A DNA stretch of 64,000 nucleotides from Gammaproteobacteria bacterium. Its GTDB lineage: Bacteria > Pseudomonadota > Gammaproteobacteria > JAJFKG01. The translations under genes were made by a program, and so were the position numbers. The notes beneath the pieces were generated by a model. That model worked only from the letters and a program-made list of their open reading frames with translations, did not search any database and was not told the origin of the DNA. This document shows positions 50,158-59,523 of the stretch, in pieces (positions within the stretch are counted from its first letter, which is position 1; every line of letters starts with the position of its first letter). The stretch lies in NCBI GenBank assembly GCA_965116795.1, contig OZ220716.1, positions 2,058,503 to 2,122,502 on the forward strand, written 5' to 3'.

Positions 50158-50619
50158 ATGGTAACCTTACTGGCCACATTTGTTGGTTTTGTCTCTTCAG
50201 CTTTTCCAGATGTTTTAAAGCTTGTTAGGGACAGAGCGGATAGGAAACACGAGCTTGCCATTCTTGATAGGCAGCTTGAAGCCCAACGCGAAGGTCATGC
50301 TCAGCGGTTAGAGGAAATTCAAATCCAAGCAGACATGACTGAGAGCAAAGCGCTATATCAACATGCAAGTCTCCCCAGTCATGTAAAGTGGGTCGAAGCC
50401 TTACGTGCATCAGTCAGGCCAGTAATTACGTATGCATTCTTTGCTTTATTTGTGTTTGTTAAAGTGATGACATTAATCACAGTATTGCAACAAGGCTTCA
50501 CCATAGTAGATAGCGTGCTTACCATTTGGGATGACGAAACGCAAGCGTTATTTGCGGCTGTAATGGCCTTCTGGTTCGGCAGTCGCAGCGTCACAAAATC
50601 CCGTCAATTACATCAGTGA
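50158..50619 (+). CDS. Holin-like 3-TM protein
   Basis: DRKHEL, RASVRPVITY, MAFWFGSR. Confidence 0.75.
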   Translation: MVTLLATFVGFVSSAFPDVLKLVRDRADRKHELAILDRQLEAQREGHAQRLEEIQIQADMTESKALYQHASLPSHVKWVEALRASVRPVITYAFFALFVFVKVMTLITVLQQGFTIVDSVLTIWDDETQALFAAVMAFWFGSRSVTKSRQLHQ

Positions 50620-50712
50620 TGACTGCTTCAATAAATAGGCATAATTTACTGGATATGTCTTCGATAAAGAGCGTTAATTACAACGTAACGTTAACTTAAC
50701 TGGAGAAAAATC

Positions 50713-51024
50713 ATGAGCGCATTAATTGAAAGACTGTTTTACAAACCGCTTATTTGGGATGTAAAAAATACCCATTGCACTAAACAAGAAGAAGACGCAT
50801 TGTTAGACATTTTTGAAAAAGCCATGCAACGCGCCGCACTGATACCTGCCAGTCAACTGTGCTTTGAGTTAACGCGCATTGCACCTAAGCAAACAGCATT
50901 GCACCCTTTTGTTCTAACGATGCACTGCGACAAGGTATGCGGACAAGTGCAATGGCAGGGGGTGTTTGAAAATGCAGATAACAGCAAAACATTGGAAGTA
51001 CTAGGCGCTTTAGAAAAAGAGTAA
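50713..51024 (+). CDS. Hypothetical protein, paralog A
   Basis: GGAG RBS; aligns end to end with 51382-51681. Confidence 0.7.
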   Translation: MSALIERLFYKPLIWDVKNTHCTKQEEDALLDIFEKAMQRAALIPASQLCFELTRIAPKQTALHPFVLTMHCDKVCGQVQWQGVFENADNSKTLEVLGALEKE

Positions 51025-51381
51025 CCTGCCCTTTACACCCAGCCACAGGCGCCAACGTTTGGTGTCTGTGGCCCTCATTGAATTAAACCAACGCTTTTTA
51101 CCTTAATAAATTTCTCTAATTGCCAGCATCGAATTGAACGAACGCCTACCCCCTGATTTTGGCAACACGCGCTCACTGTTGGCGTGTGCGGCTCTTTTTT
51201 CGATTATACCCACAACTATCCCTACCTATTTTTATTCCCCACAAACGCCACTGTGTTGGCTGTGTTGAATAACCACAGCATCAGTTAAAACTGCTGCAAT
51301 TTACAGTGTTTTTTTACTGGCTATAAACCGCATACCAAGCATTAATTACGACACCTTGAAAAATAAAGAAGGAATACTACC

Positions 51382-51681
51382 ATGTCAACGCATATCGAAA
51401 ATCGCACGCCAATTATTTTCTACACGCACAACACCCGTTGCAATGATGACGAGTTGCGCATCTTATTAACAAACTTTGAAATGACACTGCAATATGTGGC
51501 TAATTTCAAAAATACGGTGTTTAGATTTAACTTCAAGCATTCGATGCCAACACACAGTTTGTTATTTCCGTTTAATTTAACGATGAAACGTCATTGCATT
51601 GATAGCCAGTGGCAATGGCACGGCGTGTTTAAACACCACAGCGGTTTGAAGCGGCTGCATGTTATGGGAATATTAGTGTAA
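51382..51681 (+). CDS. Hypothetical protein, paralog B
   Basis: Shared NT.C, PF.LTM, QW.GVF, L.V.G; TAATG-coupled to the lysozyme gene. Confidence 0.7.
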   Translation: MSTHIENRTPIIFYTHNTRCNDDELRILLTNFEMTLQYVANFKNTVFRFNFKHSMPTHSLLFPFNLTMKRHCIDSQWQWHGVFKHHSGLKRLHVMGILV

Positions 51682-52118
51682 TGCGACATGTAACCGCGAG
51701 AGGATTGAATCTGATTAAACAATTTGAGGGATTTAGTTCAATCGTGTATATGTGCCCTGCTGGATATCCAACGATTGGATATGGTCATCTCGTCAAATCA
51801 GGTGAAGATTTCGGGGGCGGTATTAATCGACAGCAAGCAGAATTGTTATTGCGTCGTGATGTGCAAGTTGCAGAACGTGTGGTGCTGCGTTTGATTAATG
51901 TACCACTGACAGATGGGCAATTTGATGCGTTGACATCATTCACGTTTAATTTGGGGGCGGGTGCCCTACAACGTTCAACACTGCGGCGTAAAGTCAATTG
52001 TGAAGAGCATGATGAAGTGCCGGATGAATTTAAACGGTGGGTGTATGTTAGGGGGCGGAAATTATCAGGATTAGTGAAGCGCAGACAACTTGAAGCGAAG
52101 ATTTACTTAAATAGCTAG
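51681..52118 (+). CDS. Endolysin, GH24 lysozyme
   Basis: IKQFEG, Y.CPAGYPTIGYGH, QFDAL.SF.FNLG, GLVKRR..E. Confidence 0.95.
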   Translation: MRHVTARGLNLIKQFEGFSSIVYMCPAGYPTIGYGHLVKSGEDFGGGINRQQAELLLRRDVQVAERVVLRLINVPLTDGQFDALTSFTFNLGAGALQRSTLRRKVNCEEHDEVPDEFKRWVYVRGRKLSGLVKRRQLEAKIYLNS

Positions 52119-52501
52119 ATGAGCATCAGAATGTAACTACCTGGGCATGCGGAATAATAATTACAAATAGAGCGTATTATGCCAGATATCAGTAGAGGTG
52201 TTTTGTTTAAACGTTTACGACAACATTTCATGATGAGATTGGTATTGTAATACTTAAATGCTTTCGTGTATTATGCAATGGATGACAGGAGTTATGTGTT
52301 TGTTTCCATTAAAATATTTCACTATGTAGTGTCAGCGTATTCATTCTTTAGAGCTTAATTCCCTCCATGTTAGTGAATGGCTGTGTTCTATTGTCATCGA
52401 GTTGGTAGCATTGAAGCTGGCTGTAACTACGTGTCTAAACTCGGCATTTACAGCTAATCATCAGCTAAGTTTGCTGGTCTAAGGATGATAAGGATTTCTA
52501 C

Positions 52502-55500
52502 ATGAAAACTCAAAATTTCGGTTTCGTCAACTTGAAGCTCAAGCAAGCTCTCGACTGCGCCCTAGCTTCTCCCCGCCCCTCCGTGCGCCTGGCGTTAAAA
52601 AATTACCAAAAGAATCGAGAAAACGGGTCTTCTGTGTGCGCTCCACAACAACTGCTCCCAAGTGGGGGGTTAGAAGACTGCGAAGATTTTTATGAAGAAT
52701 TTGATTGGGAAAAAGATGAGGAACGAGGCTATCCTACACAAGATAGTAAAGGTAAACGAGAAAGATACTGGTTTATCGTTAAGCATAAACAATCCAGTCT
52801 GCGTATCGAAGGCTTTTATCAAGAGCCAAATTATGGCAAGGGTTATCCCGACAAAGGTGGACATTATCATGTCGTTATTGTTTTTACCGACACTGAAAAT
52901 TCAGCTATCCGTGCCTGGGAAGTGCAAAAAGACTTAAATCATCTTGAATATGCTTATGAAAACGACCGTGAGTTATACAATCGAGAAATAGCTGACCTTA
53001 AGCGTCAAAATGACCCCAACGGTATCCTCCCATTACATGAGGCCAGACAACGTGAGCGTGGCATTGTAATCGGTGATGAACCACAAATTAGCCTGGCTAA
53101 CTTATCGCAACGCGTTGCCACATTAGAAGAGCAGGTAGAAGGTCTATCAATATCAGGTGATGTAGGTCCGGTACGTCAGCGCAGTGACACTAAAAGTAGC
53201 CGCAGTAAGAAGAAAAAAGCAGAGGGCCCGTCACTTTCAAGCAGTGAAGCCGTTTTACCCGCCCTATCAGAAGCATCTCTGCAAGAGCGACTTGCACAAG
53301 CACAACAACACGCTGAAGCGCTGCAAAGCCAGTTAACAGAGTTCAAAGAGCAGCATGAACGGCATATAGAACAACAGCAAGCTGAGCTTGAAAAAGTCAA
53401 TGCCAGTATTATTGAGTACAAACAGCAACCTCGCTCAAGTCAAGGGCCTTCACCCGACGTGCAAGCGGCGTTAACAGGATTATATCAACGCCAACAACAA
53501 TTAACCCAAGTACTATTGCCATTACACGAAAAGCATGAGCAACAATTACAACGCCAACAACAACTCGCCTACATCACAGGCCATCCCAATGATAGCATTC
53601 AAGTGTTTTATGATGTGGTATTCCGGCGGTTAAACCGCTTATTTCTGATGCTATCGATTGCCAGCACCCAAGCGTTTGTGTTGCGCAAAGATACGTGGCA
53701 ACACTTGATATTCGGTGGTGAGCAATTGGTACTTGGCGTAGCAGAGCAGTTAATCGACGTATTAGCACTAGCCGGAGAAGCGGTTCCCTTGGTCAGCCCT
53801 GGGATTAAGCTGTTAGCCGGTATCGCTAAGGGGTTGTACAACAAATACCGTGACTACCAGATTAAACTCGGAGCTGCATCGCTTGATGGCAGTTTAGTGA
53901 ATAATGAATATTTAGCCCAAGAGGTGGCGATGTTGTTAGCGTATCGCTATGAGCCAGCATTGACCGGTTTAATGCGTTCACAACAACATGATGACGCTGG
54001 ACACATACAAATTAGCCCAGACAGTGTAGAGATGTTGGGGTTGTATGCCGCGGGGAAAATCATCAAAGGTTTACTCAGTGGTAAAGTACCGGCAGGGTTA
54101 ACCGGTGACAATGCGATTAGTGCATTGTTGCAATTAGTCTCAGAAGAAAAACTGAAAGAACATACTATCATGATTCGAGTAGGCTTCATTGAACAAGCAG
54201 TAAGACTGCCTGGGATGCAGCAACGGTTAACCCGTGAAAACGGAACAACTATCTGTGCTGAATCGTTATTGCGCAAGAAAACAGGCATCATGATGCGTGA
54301 TGAAAATCCAGCCACTGATACCGTGACGATTTACTTGCGCCGCCCATTACGTCAAGATGTCAGTGATGAAGATGTTGCACGCTACGGATATCGCTGGACA
54401 ACAGCTAAAGAAATAGCGTCAAGTCAGTTTATATTACATCATCAACCTATTGTTGCGTCGCTGAGTCAGCCAGGCAATGCGGCACAATCCTCTAGCACAC
54501 ACTACAGTCAACATGTTATAGCTGTTGCCGAGCGTTTATCAAAGCTGCCTGATGTTGCCTTGATAGGTGACAGTGAAGCGGCCAAGCAACGAGCTAAAGA
54601 AATCGAAGAGCAGCAGGCTAGGGCCAAGAGACAAGCTGAACAAGAAAAGAAACTAGAAGAAGCCAAACAACAAGCCGATGAAAAAGCTAAGAAGCATCAA
54701 GACAAACAATCTAAAAAACCAACACAAAGCAATCAGTCAGGCCAGCCCTCTGGCAGTGGTATTTGTTCGTCGAGTTCATTGACGAGTTTTCCAGGTAGTG
54801 CCGCAGATAATGACCCTGCAGATGACGATACCCTAGCCGATGCATTATCAACGTTTCCTCGTTCTGACTCAGTGCAAACATTCAGCCATGGTGAATTGAG
54901 GCAATCAGACTCCGCTTGGAATGAAATGACTGACAATGGGATTATGTTGGAGGATGACAACACATGGTTGCAAGATACCGCATTGCCAACTGCCATAGAT
55001 AGTAGACGGTCATCACAATCATCGTCATTGGTATTAATGAAGTCCACTCAGCAACAATTGGATGAAATGAGCCAACGTACAGAACAGCAATTGCAAACAC
55101 TGGCAAAACAGCAACAAGAACACTTGAGTGCATTGAGTATTGTACAAAGTCGCAGTGATGCAAAATTGCAAATAACTGAAGAAGCCTTAACTCAAAAAGC
55201 TGACGTGAAGGCACTAGAGCAAGCTTATGCTAGGATTTCTGAGCTTGAAGTAGCGTTAAAAAACATGACCGAGGAAAAAGAAACAATTCAAACTGCAAAA
55301 GAAAAAATGTTGGAAGAATTTGAAGGAAAGTTAGATGATACATTAGAGCGAGCAGAAATTGCTGAAAAACGCGCAGAACAAGCTGAAGTCAGTGCAAAGC
55401 AATTTAAAGACCGCTTAGAAACAGCAGAACAAATAGCCACTAATACGCAAGCGGCCTTTGCACAACATCAAATAGATATGCGAGCACAATTAGATGCGAC

Positions 55501-55870
55501 GTTATTACAGGTGCGTCAGTTTATGAGTAGTGCAATGGGGCTAGGACTCATTGGCAATCAACAACAAGCGTCACTGATGCCCGCACCAATGATGCCAACT
55601 CCAGATGCAAACATGCCTAATGTGTCAACGAATCAAGCTGGTATGTTCTCTCACCCAAGTCCATTAATGTCACCCAGTCAAGCAGCGACAGCACCAGCCA
55701 ATCAACCATTAGCCAGCGCGCCTGAATCTGAACAAGTCGCTCAACCGGCCGCAAGACAACAATTACCAGCAACACCGACTGATGATCAACCGCCTGTAAA
55801 GAATGACGGCGACAGTAAAGCTACATCAAGTCAATCGTCAGAGACACCGTCTCTGGCTAATTTCAGCTAG
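52502..55870 (+). CDS. Large coiled-coil, low-complexity effector-like protein
   Basis: 1122 aa; Q/E-rich coiled coils, central hydrophobic helical domain, Ser/Pro-rich tail. Confidence 0.85.
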   Translation: MKTQNFGFVNLKLKQALDCALASPRPSVRLALKNYQKNRENGSSVCAPQQLLPSGGLEDCEDFYEEFDWEKDEERGYPTQDSKGKRERYWFIVKHKQSSLRIEGFYQEPNYGKGYPDKGGHYHVVIVFTDTENSAIRAWEVQKDLNHLEYAYENDRELYNREIADLKRQNDPNGILPLHEARQRERGIVIGDEPQISLANLSQRVATLEEQVEGLSISGDVGPVRQRSDTKSSRSKKKKAEGPSLSSSEAVLPALSEASLQERLAQAQQHAEALQSQLTEFKEQHERHIEQQQAELEKVNASIIEYKQQPRSSQGPSPDVQAALTGLYQRQQQLTQVLLPLHEKHEQQLQRQQQLAYITGHPNDSIQVFYDVVFRRLNRLFLMLSIASTQAFVLRKDTWQHLIFGGEQLVLGVAEQLIDVLALAGEAVPLVSPGIKLLAGIAKGLYNKYRDYQIKLGAASLDGSLVNNEYLAQEVAMLLAYRYEPALTGLMRSQQHDDAGHIQISPDSVEMLGLYAAGKIIKGLLSGKVPAGLTGDNAISALLQLVSEEKLKEHTIMIRVGFIEQAVRLPGMQQRLTRENGTTICAESLLRKKTGIMMRDENPATDTVTIYLRRPLRQDVSDEDVARYGYRWTTAKEIASSQFILHHQPIVASLSQPGNAAQSSSTHYSQHVIAVAERLSKLPDVALIGDSEAAKQRAKEIEEQQARAKRQAEQEKKLEEAKQQADEKAKKHQDKQSKKPTQSNQSGQPSGSGICSSSSLTSFPGSAADNDPADDDTLADALSTFPRSDSVQTFSHGELRQSDSAWNEMTDNGIMLEDDNTWLQDTALPTAIDSRRSSQSSSLVLMKSTQQQLDEMSQRTEQQLQTLAKQQQEHLSALSIVQSRSDAKLQITEEALTQKADVKALEQAYARISELEVALKNMTEEKETIQTAKEKMLEEFEGKLDDTLERAEIAEKRAEQAEVSAKQFKDRLETAEQIATNTQAAFAQHQIDMRAQLDATLLQVRQFMSSAMGLGLIGNQQQASLMPAPMMPTPDANMPNVSTNQAGMFSHPSPLMSPSQAATAPANQPLASAPESEQVAQPAARQQLPATPTDDQPPVKNDGDSKATSSQSSETPSLANFS

Positions 55871-55941
55871 AAAATCAGCATATTATTTAGTTTCACTTTT
55901 AGCAAAAATCCGGCGCATTTAAGTCTATACACCGCCAGCCA
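55868..55941. repeat. Direct repeat, copy 1 (~74 bp)
   Basis: Core cacttttagcaaaaatccggcgcatttaagtctatacaccgccagcca is 44/48 identical to 58144-58191. Confidence 0.85.
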
Positions 55942-56218
55942 ATTAACCTGCTGAAATTGTAATAAATATTTTTGGTTTGTGGTGTCTTGCAGTTTCAATT
56001 AGTTGTACGCGAGGTACGGGGTTTTGGGTTGATGAATTTTGACAATTCAAGTGGATTTCTCGCATCTAAAATTGCAAATCATCTAAAAATTTCGGGTTTT
56101 AGCAGATCGTTCGTGGTCAATGATATTTAGATATTTGCTATTAAAATGATCTGTAAGTCTAACCAGTAAAAAATTAACAGATAAACTACAAGTAGGATAA
56201 ATAGAAAAAGTAAAATAA

Positions 56219-58000
56219 TCAGACTTCTTTTTCTGAAGAGTTACGCAAAGTAAAATCTTCTTTTTTCATAGTTTTTGATGTGAAAAATTCTTGATATTCT
56301 TTATTGGTTGACACGGTAGTATTGCCTAAAATATATCTTGAAAAAGGTAGCCATAGGTGCTCAGGAGATTTTTTACTAATTTCCCTAATATGTGAATCCC
56401 ATTCAAGAATTTTTTGAAGAAAAATTTTTACACTTTCTTCTTCCTCAAGATTTTCTTTTAGTGAACCCCAAAAAATTTCAATATCATCAAGAGATAGAAA
56501 AATACAATGCTTAAGTAAATTAGCTTTTAACAAACTTTTAGATGCCGTAATTTCCTCAGTTAAATATCCGTTTGTCACAACATCCAAAAGATGAAAGTTC
56601 CCCATATAACGCTCAGTAACTAATATAGGAATAATATTTACATGTTTTTGTCTTTTTGAACTTTCATTTTTAATATAATTTGCTAAGTTGAACAGTTTTC
56701 CTTTGGGTTTAGATTTTTTAGGATAAAATAGAACTCTATTAATTGATTTTTTAAGCTTTTCTCTGCACCATAAAGCTTCTCGAGGAAAAGACTCTGTAGT
56801 AAATTCGAAAATAATAATACTATTTTCTATTTTCAAAATACCATCACACTGTCCATTTCTCCCTATTTCAATATATTTTTCTCCAAAAATTTTTCTCATC
56901 AGAATGTGAAAATAATTCACTTCCATAAGTTCACCATATTTATTACCAAAAGCATTGTAGTATTTTTTATCTTCAATTTTTGGTTTTACTCGATATTTTG
57001 TGCCTATAGTCATTAAATTAAATAATGAATGCATATCAGGTATAATAATTTGACCATCACGCATAATAAAAAAAGGCAACTCATATACATACCTTTCTAA
57101 ATCAAATAAGCTAGTAACAGACTCTACTGGGGTTTTACTTTTAACAAGTTCACTTAAAAATAGAGGGATAGCACTAAATCCCTTTTCAAGAAAATATTCA
57201 GTATACATAAAATCTGGATAATCATTACGTTCGTGTGTAAAAAAATTAAATACAACAAACATTAATAGATATTTATAGCAATTTGAATTCCCTGGATGAC
57301 TTAAATCAAGATCTTCATTTATAATACTATCTATATTATTTTCTCCCGAACAAAAAACTTTTTCATATCGAGAAATCCAGCGCATATAAAAATCTTTGGG
57401 TATTGCTTCTTGAGAAAAACAAACATCAAAAGAAGGATAATTTCGCAAAATCTGCAAATAAATATCTATCATATCTAAATCATTAGAACTATCTTTTTTC
57501 TCTATTAACTCTATATTTATATTTGAATGTAAACCGTCATCAAAAAATTCAATTTTATTATTAGCTAATGCAATTAGCCTAATAAAATTATCCATCATTT
57601 GCTTTGAATCCGAGTTTTTATAAGATATTAGATTAGCACTACCACGAGTAAATAAATAGTACAAAAACATGATGGAATATCTATTTAGTAAAAATCTCCT
57701 ATTTTTGTCAGGAAGATTACAACCAACTAATGCACCTTTGCAATTTTCAAGAAGAGTATTATTAACTTGAACTATGCCATAATGATAAGAATTTCTAATA
57801 AGGAGTGCTATTTGTTTAAGCCCAAAACTCGGATCAATTTTTACAAAATAATTTTCTATTAATTCATCTATAGTGTCTTCCACAATGTGACTTCTTGCGG
57901 GTAATATTAAATTCCCTATTTGAACATTCAAATACAAATCCTGATACAGTAAATTTGTCGTTGCTATTAAATAATTTCGATTTGCGCTATTTTGTAGCAT
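56219..58000 (-). CDS. Low-GC protein with C-terminal PD-(D/E)xK/NERD-like motif
   Basis: GELME...CDGILKIENSIIIFEFT; strongly AT-rich. Confidence 0.7.
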   Translation of the reverse strand: MLQNSANRNYLIATTNLLYQDLYLNVQIGNLILPARSHIVEDTIDELIENYFVKIDPSFGLKQIALLIRNSYHYGIVQVNNTLLENCKGALVGCNLPDKNRRFLLNRYSIMFLYYLFTRGSANLISYKNSDSKQMMDNFIRLIALANNKIEFFDDGLHSNINIELIEKKDSSNDLDMIDIYLQILRNYPSFDVCFSQEAIPKDFYMRWISRYEKVFCSGENNIDSIINEDLDLSHPGNSNCYKYLLMFVVFNFFTHERNDYPDFMYTEYFLEKGFSAIPLFLSELVKSKTPVESVTSLFDLERYVYELPFFIMRDGQIIIPDMHSLFNLMTIGTKYRVKPKIEDKKYYNAFGNKYGELMEVNYFHILMRKIFGEKYIEIGRNGQCDGILKIENSIIIFEFTTESFPREALWCREKLKKSINRVLFYPKKSKPKGKLFNLANYIKNESSKRQKHVNIIPILVTERYMGNFHLLDVVTNGYLTEEITASKSLLKANLLKHCIFLSLDDIEIFWGSLKENLEEEESVKIFLQKILEWDSHIREISKKSPEHLWLPFSRYILGNTTVSTNKEYQEFFTSKTMKKEDFTLRNSSEKEV

Positions 58001-58116
58001 TTCAAATACACTTTTGATATAAATTATTACCCATTAATTTTACATGTTTATAGGTATTCATGCTATTTTACAAAAATATGCCGCATTTGCAGCTTAAAAA
58101 ATTATAAATGATCATT

Positions 58117-58191
58117 TAGAAAATCAGTTAATTATCCACCGTCCACTTTTAGCAAAAAATCGGCGCATTTAAGTCTATGCACCGCCAGTCA
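58117..58191. repeat. Direct repeat, copy 2
   Basis: Matches copy 1 at an offset of ~2250 bp. Confidence 0.85.
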
Positions 58192-58198
58192 CTTTTCG

Positions 58199-58312
58199 CT
58201 AACCTTTCTCAAGCCAACCAAATGAACGTTCTACTACCCAACATTTGGGTATCACAGCAAATTTGTGTAACTCACTGCGCTTAGCTATTTCCACGGTTGC
58301 ATCGATAACATC
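58199..58312 (-). pseudogene. IS5-family transposase C-terminal remnant
   Basis: Translates as ATVEIAKRSELHKFAVIPKCWVVERSFGWLEK. Confidence 0.75.
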
Positions 58313-58388
58313 GGTAACCCTCCCATAAAATAGACCTGTTTATAAGTAGAATATTCTGATAATTTATTACTCATCAGGAGATTTTGCG

Positions 58389-58676
58389 ATGAAGAAAAGT
58401 AAATTGAGCACGACCCAAATAGTAACGATGTTGTCGGAAGGAGAAGCGGGATTATCGGCAGGGGATTTATGCCGCAAATATCAGATTTCGTCTGCGACCT
58501 ATTATAAGTTAAGAAGTCAATATGCGGGTATGAGTGTGTCTGAGCTAAAACGCTTAAAGGAACTAGAGGCAGAGAATCAGCGATTAAAAGCGATGTATGC
58601 TGATATTAGCTTGGAACATAAGATATTAAAAGAGGTACTTGAAAAAAAGTATCCAGAGCTGCTAGACGAGAATTAG
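58389..58676 (+). CDS. IS3 transposase OrfA
   Basis: DLCRKYQISSATYY HTH; LKELEAENQRLK zipper. Confidence 0.93.
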   Translation: MKKSKLSTTQIVTMLSEGEAGLSAGDLCRKYQISSATYYKLRSQYAGMSVSELKRLKELEAENQRLKAMYADISLEHKILKEVLEKKYPELLDEN

Positions 58677-58702
58677 TCAGTGCAATTTGCCAGAGATATT
58701 CA

Positions 58703-59506
58703 TTGAGTATTAATCGCAGTTGCCAACTGATGTCTATCAGCAAGACAGGGTATTACTACAAGAGCAAGAAGCATACATCAGATGGAGAAATATTATCTTA
58801 TTTGCTTAATTTAACAGACAAGTATACACGTTGGGGATTTGACAAGATGATGTTGAAAGTTAAACAAGAGCAAAGAGGTTGGAACCATAAACGTGTTTAT
58901 CGAGTTTACCGTGAACATGGGTTAAATATTAGGATAAAGCCTCGTAAACGATTAGCCAAAGGAGAAGCAAAGATGTTGTTGCAACCTATTGCCAGGAATA
59001 TCTGTTGGTCGATTGATTTTATGTCAGATGCATTAGCATGTGGCACTAAGTTTAGAACGTTTAATGTTATTGATGATTATAACCGTGAATGTTTGCTGAT
59101 TGAGGCAAGTTATTCTTTTCCAGCCAAGCGAGTAACGCAATTGCTTGACCAAGTTGCCATAACCCAAGGTTATCCAACAATGATACGTGTTGACCACGGG
59201 CCAGAATTTGAGTCTTATCATTTCAAGGAGTGGGCTAAGCAACATCACATATTGCTTCACTTCATTCAGCCTGGCAAGCCAGCACAAAATGGATTTATTG
59301 AGCGTTTTAACCGTACGTATCGTGAAGATGTATTGGACATGAACTTGTTTAGAAATTTTAATGAAGTCAGAAAAATTACTCAGCAGTGGATCAACTGCTA
59401 CAACCAAGATAGGCCACATGAATCGTTGGCTGGACTGTCTCCTGTGCAGTTCAGACAATACCGGAAACAAATCACAGGCAATGAGAAATTTTCTACTGTA
59501 GACTAG
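58703..59506 (+). CDS. IS3 transposase OrfB (DDE)
   Basis: WSIDFM, RVDHGPEF, QNGFIERFN. Confidence 0.93.
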   Translation: MSINRSCQLMSISKTGYYYKSKKHTSDGEILSYLLNLTDKYTRWGFDKMMLKVKQEQRGWNHKRVYRVYREHGLNIRIKPRKRLAKGEAKMLLQPIARNICWSIDFMSDALACGTKFRTFNVIDDYNRECLLIEASYSFPAKRVTQLLDQVAITQGYPTMIRVDHGPEFESYHFKEWAKQHHILLHFIQPGKPAQNGFIERFNRTYREDVLDMNLFRNFNEVRKITQQWINCYNQDRPHESLAGLSPVQFRQYRKQITGNEKFSTVD

Positions 59507-59523
59507 TTTTATAAATGGGGGGT

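Larger units (their letters stand above)
7400..52118. mobile_element. Lambdoid, WO-like prophage with siphovirus-type tail; probably defective (terminase interrupted); boundaries approximate
   Basis: Contiguous recombination, replication, packaging, head, tail and lysis genes; att sites not identified. Confidence 0.92.

Noticed and set aside
21416-52118. Gene transfer agent or contractile injection system
   Set aside because: Has a cos-like site, replication genes and a recombinase; head genes are lambda-type; no sheath or baseplate wedge genes.
7060-52500. attL/attR direct repeats at the prophage edges
   Set aside because: No shared core found by eye; serine-recombinase cores can be too short to see.
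55868-58191. Integron cassette with attC sites
   Set aside because: No RYYYAAC...GTTRRRY box pairing and no integron integrase; kept only as an unexplained repeat.
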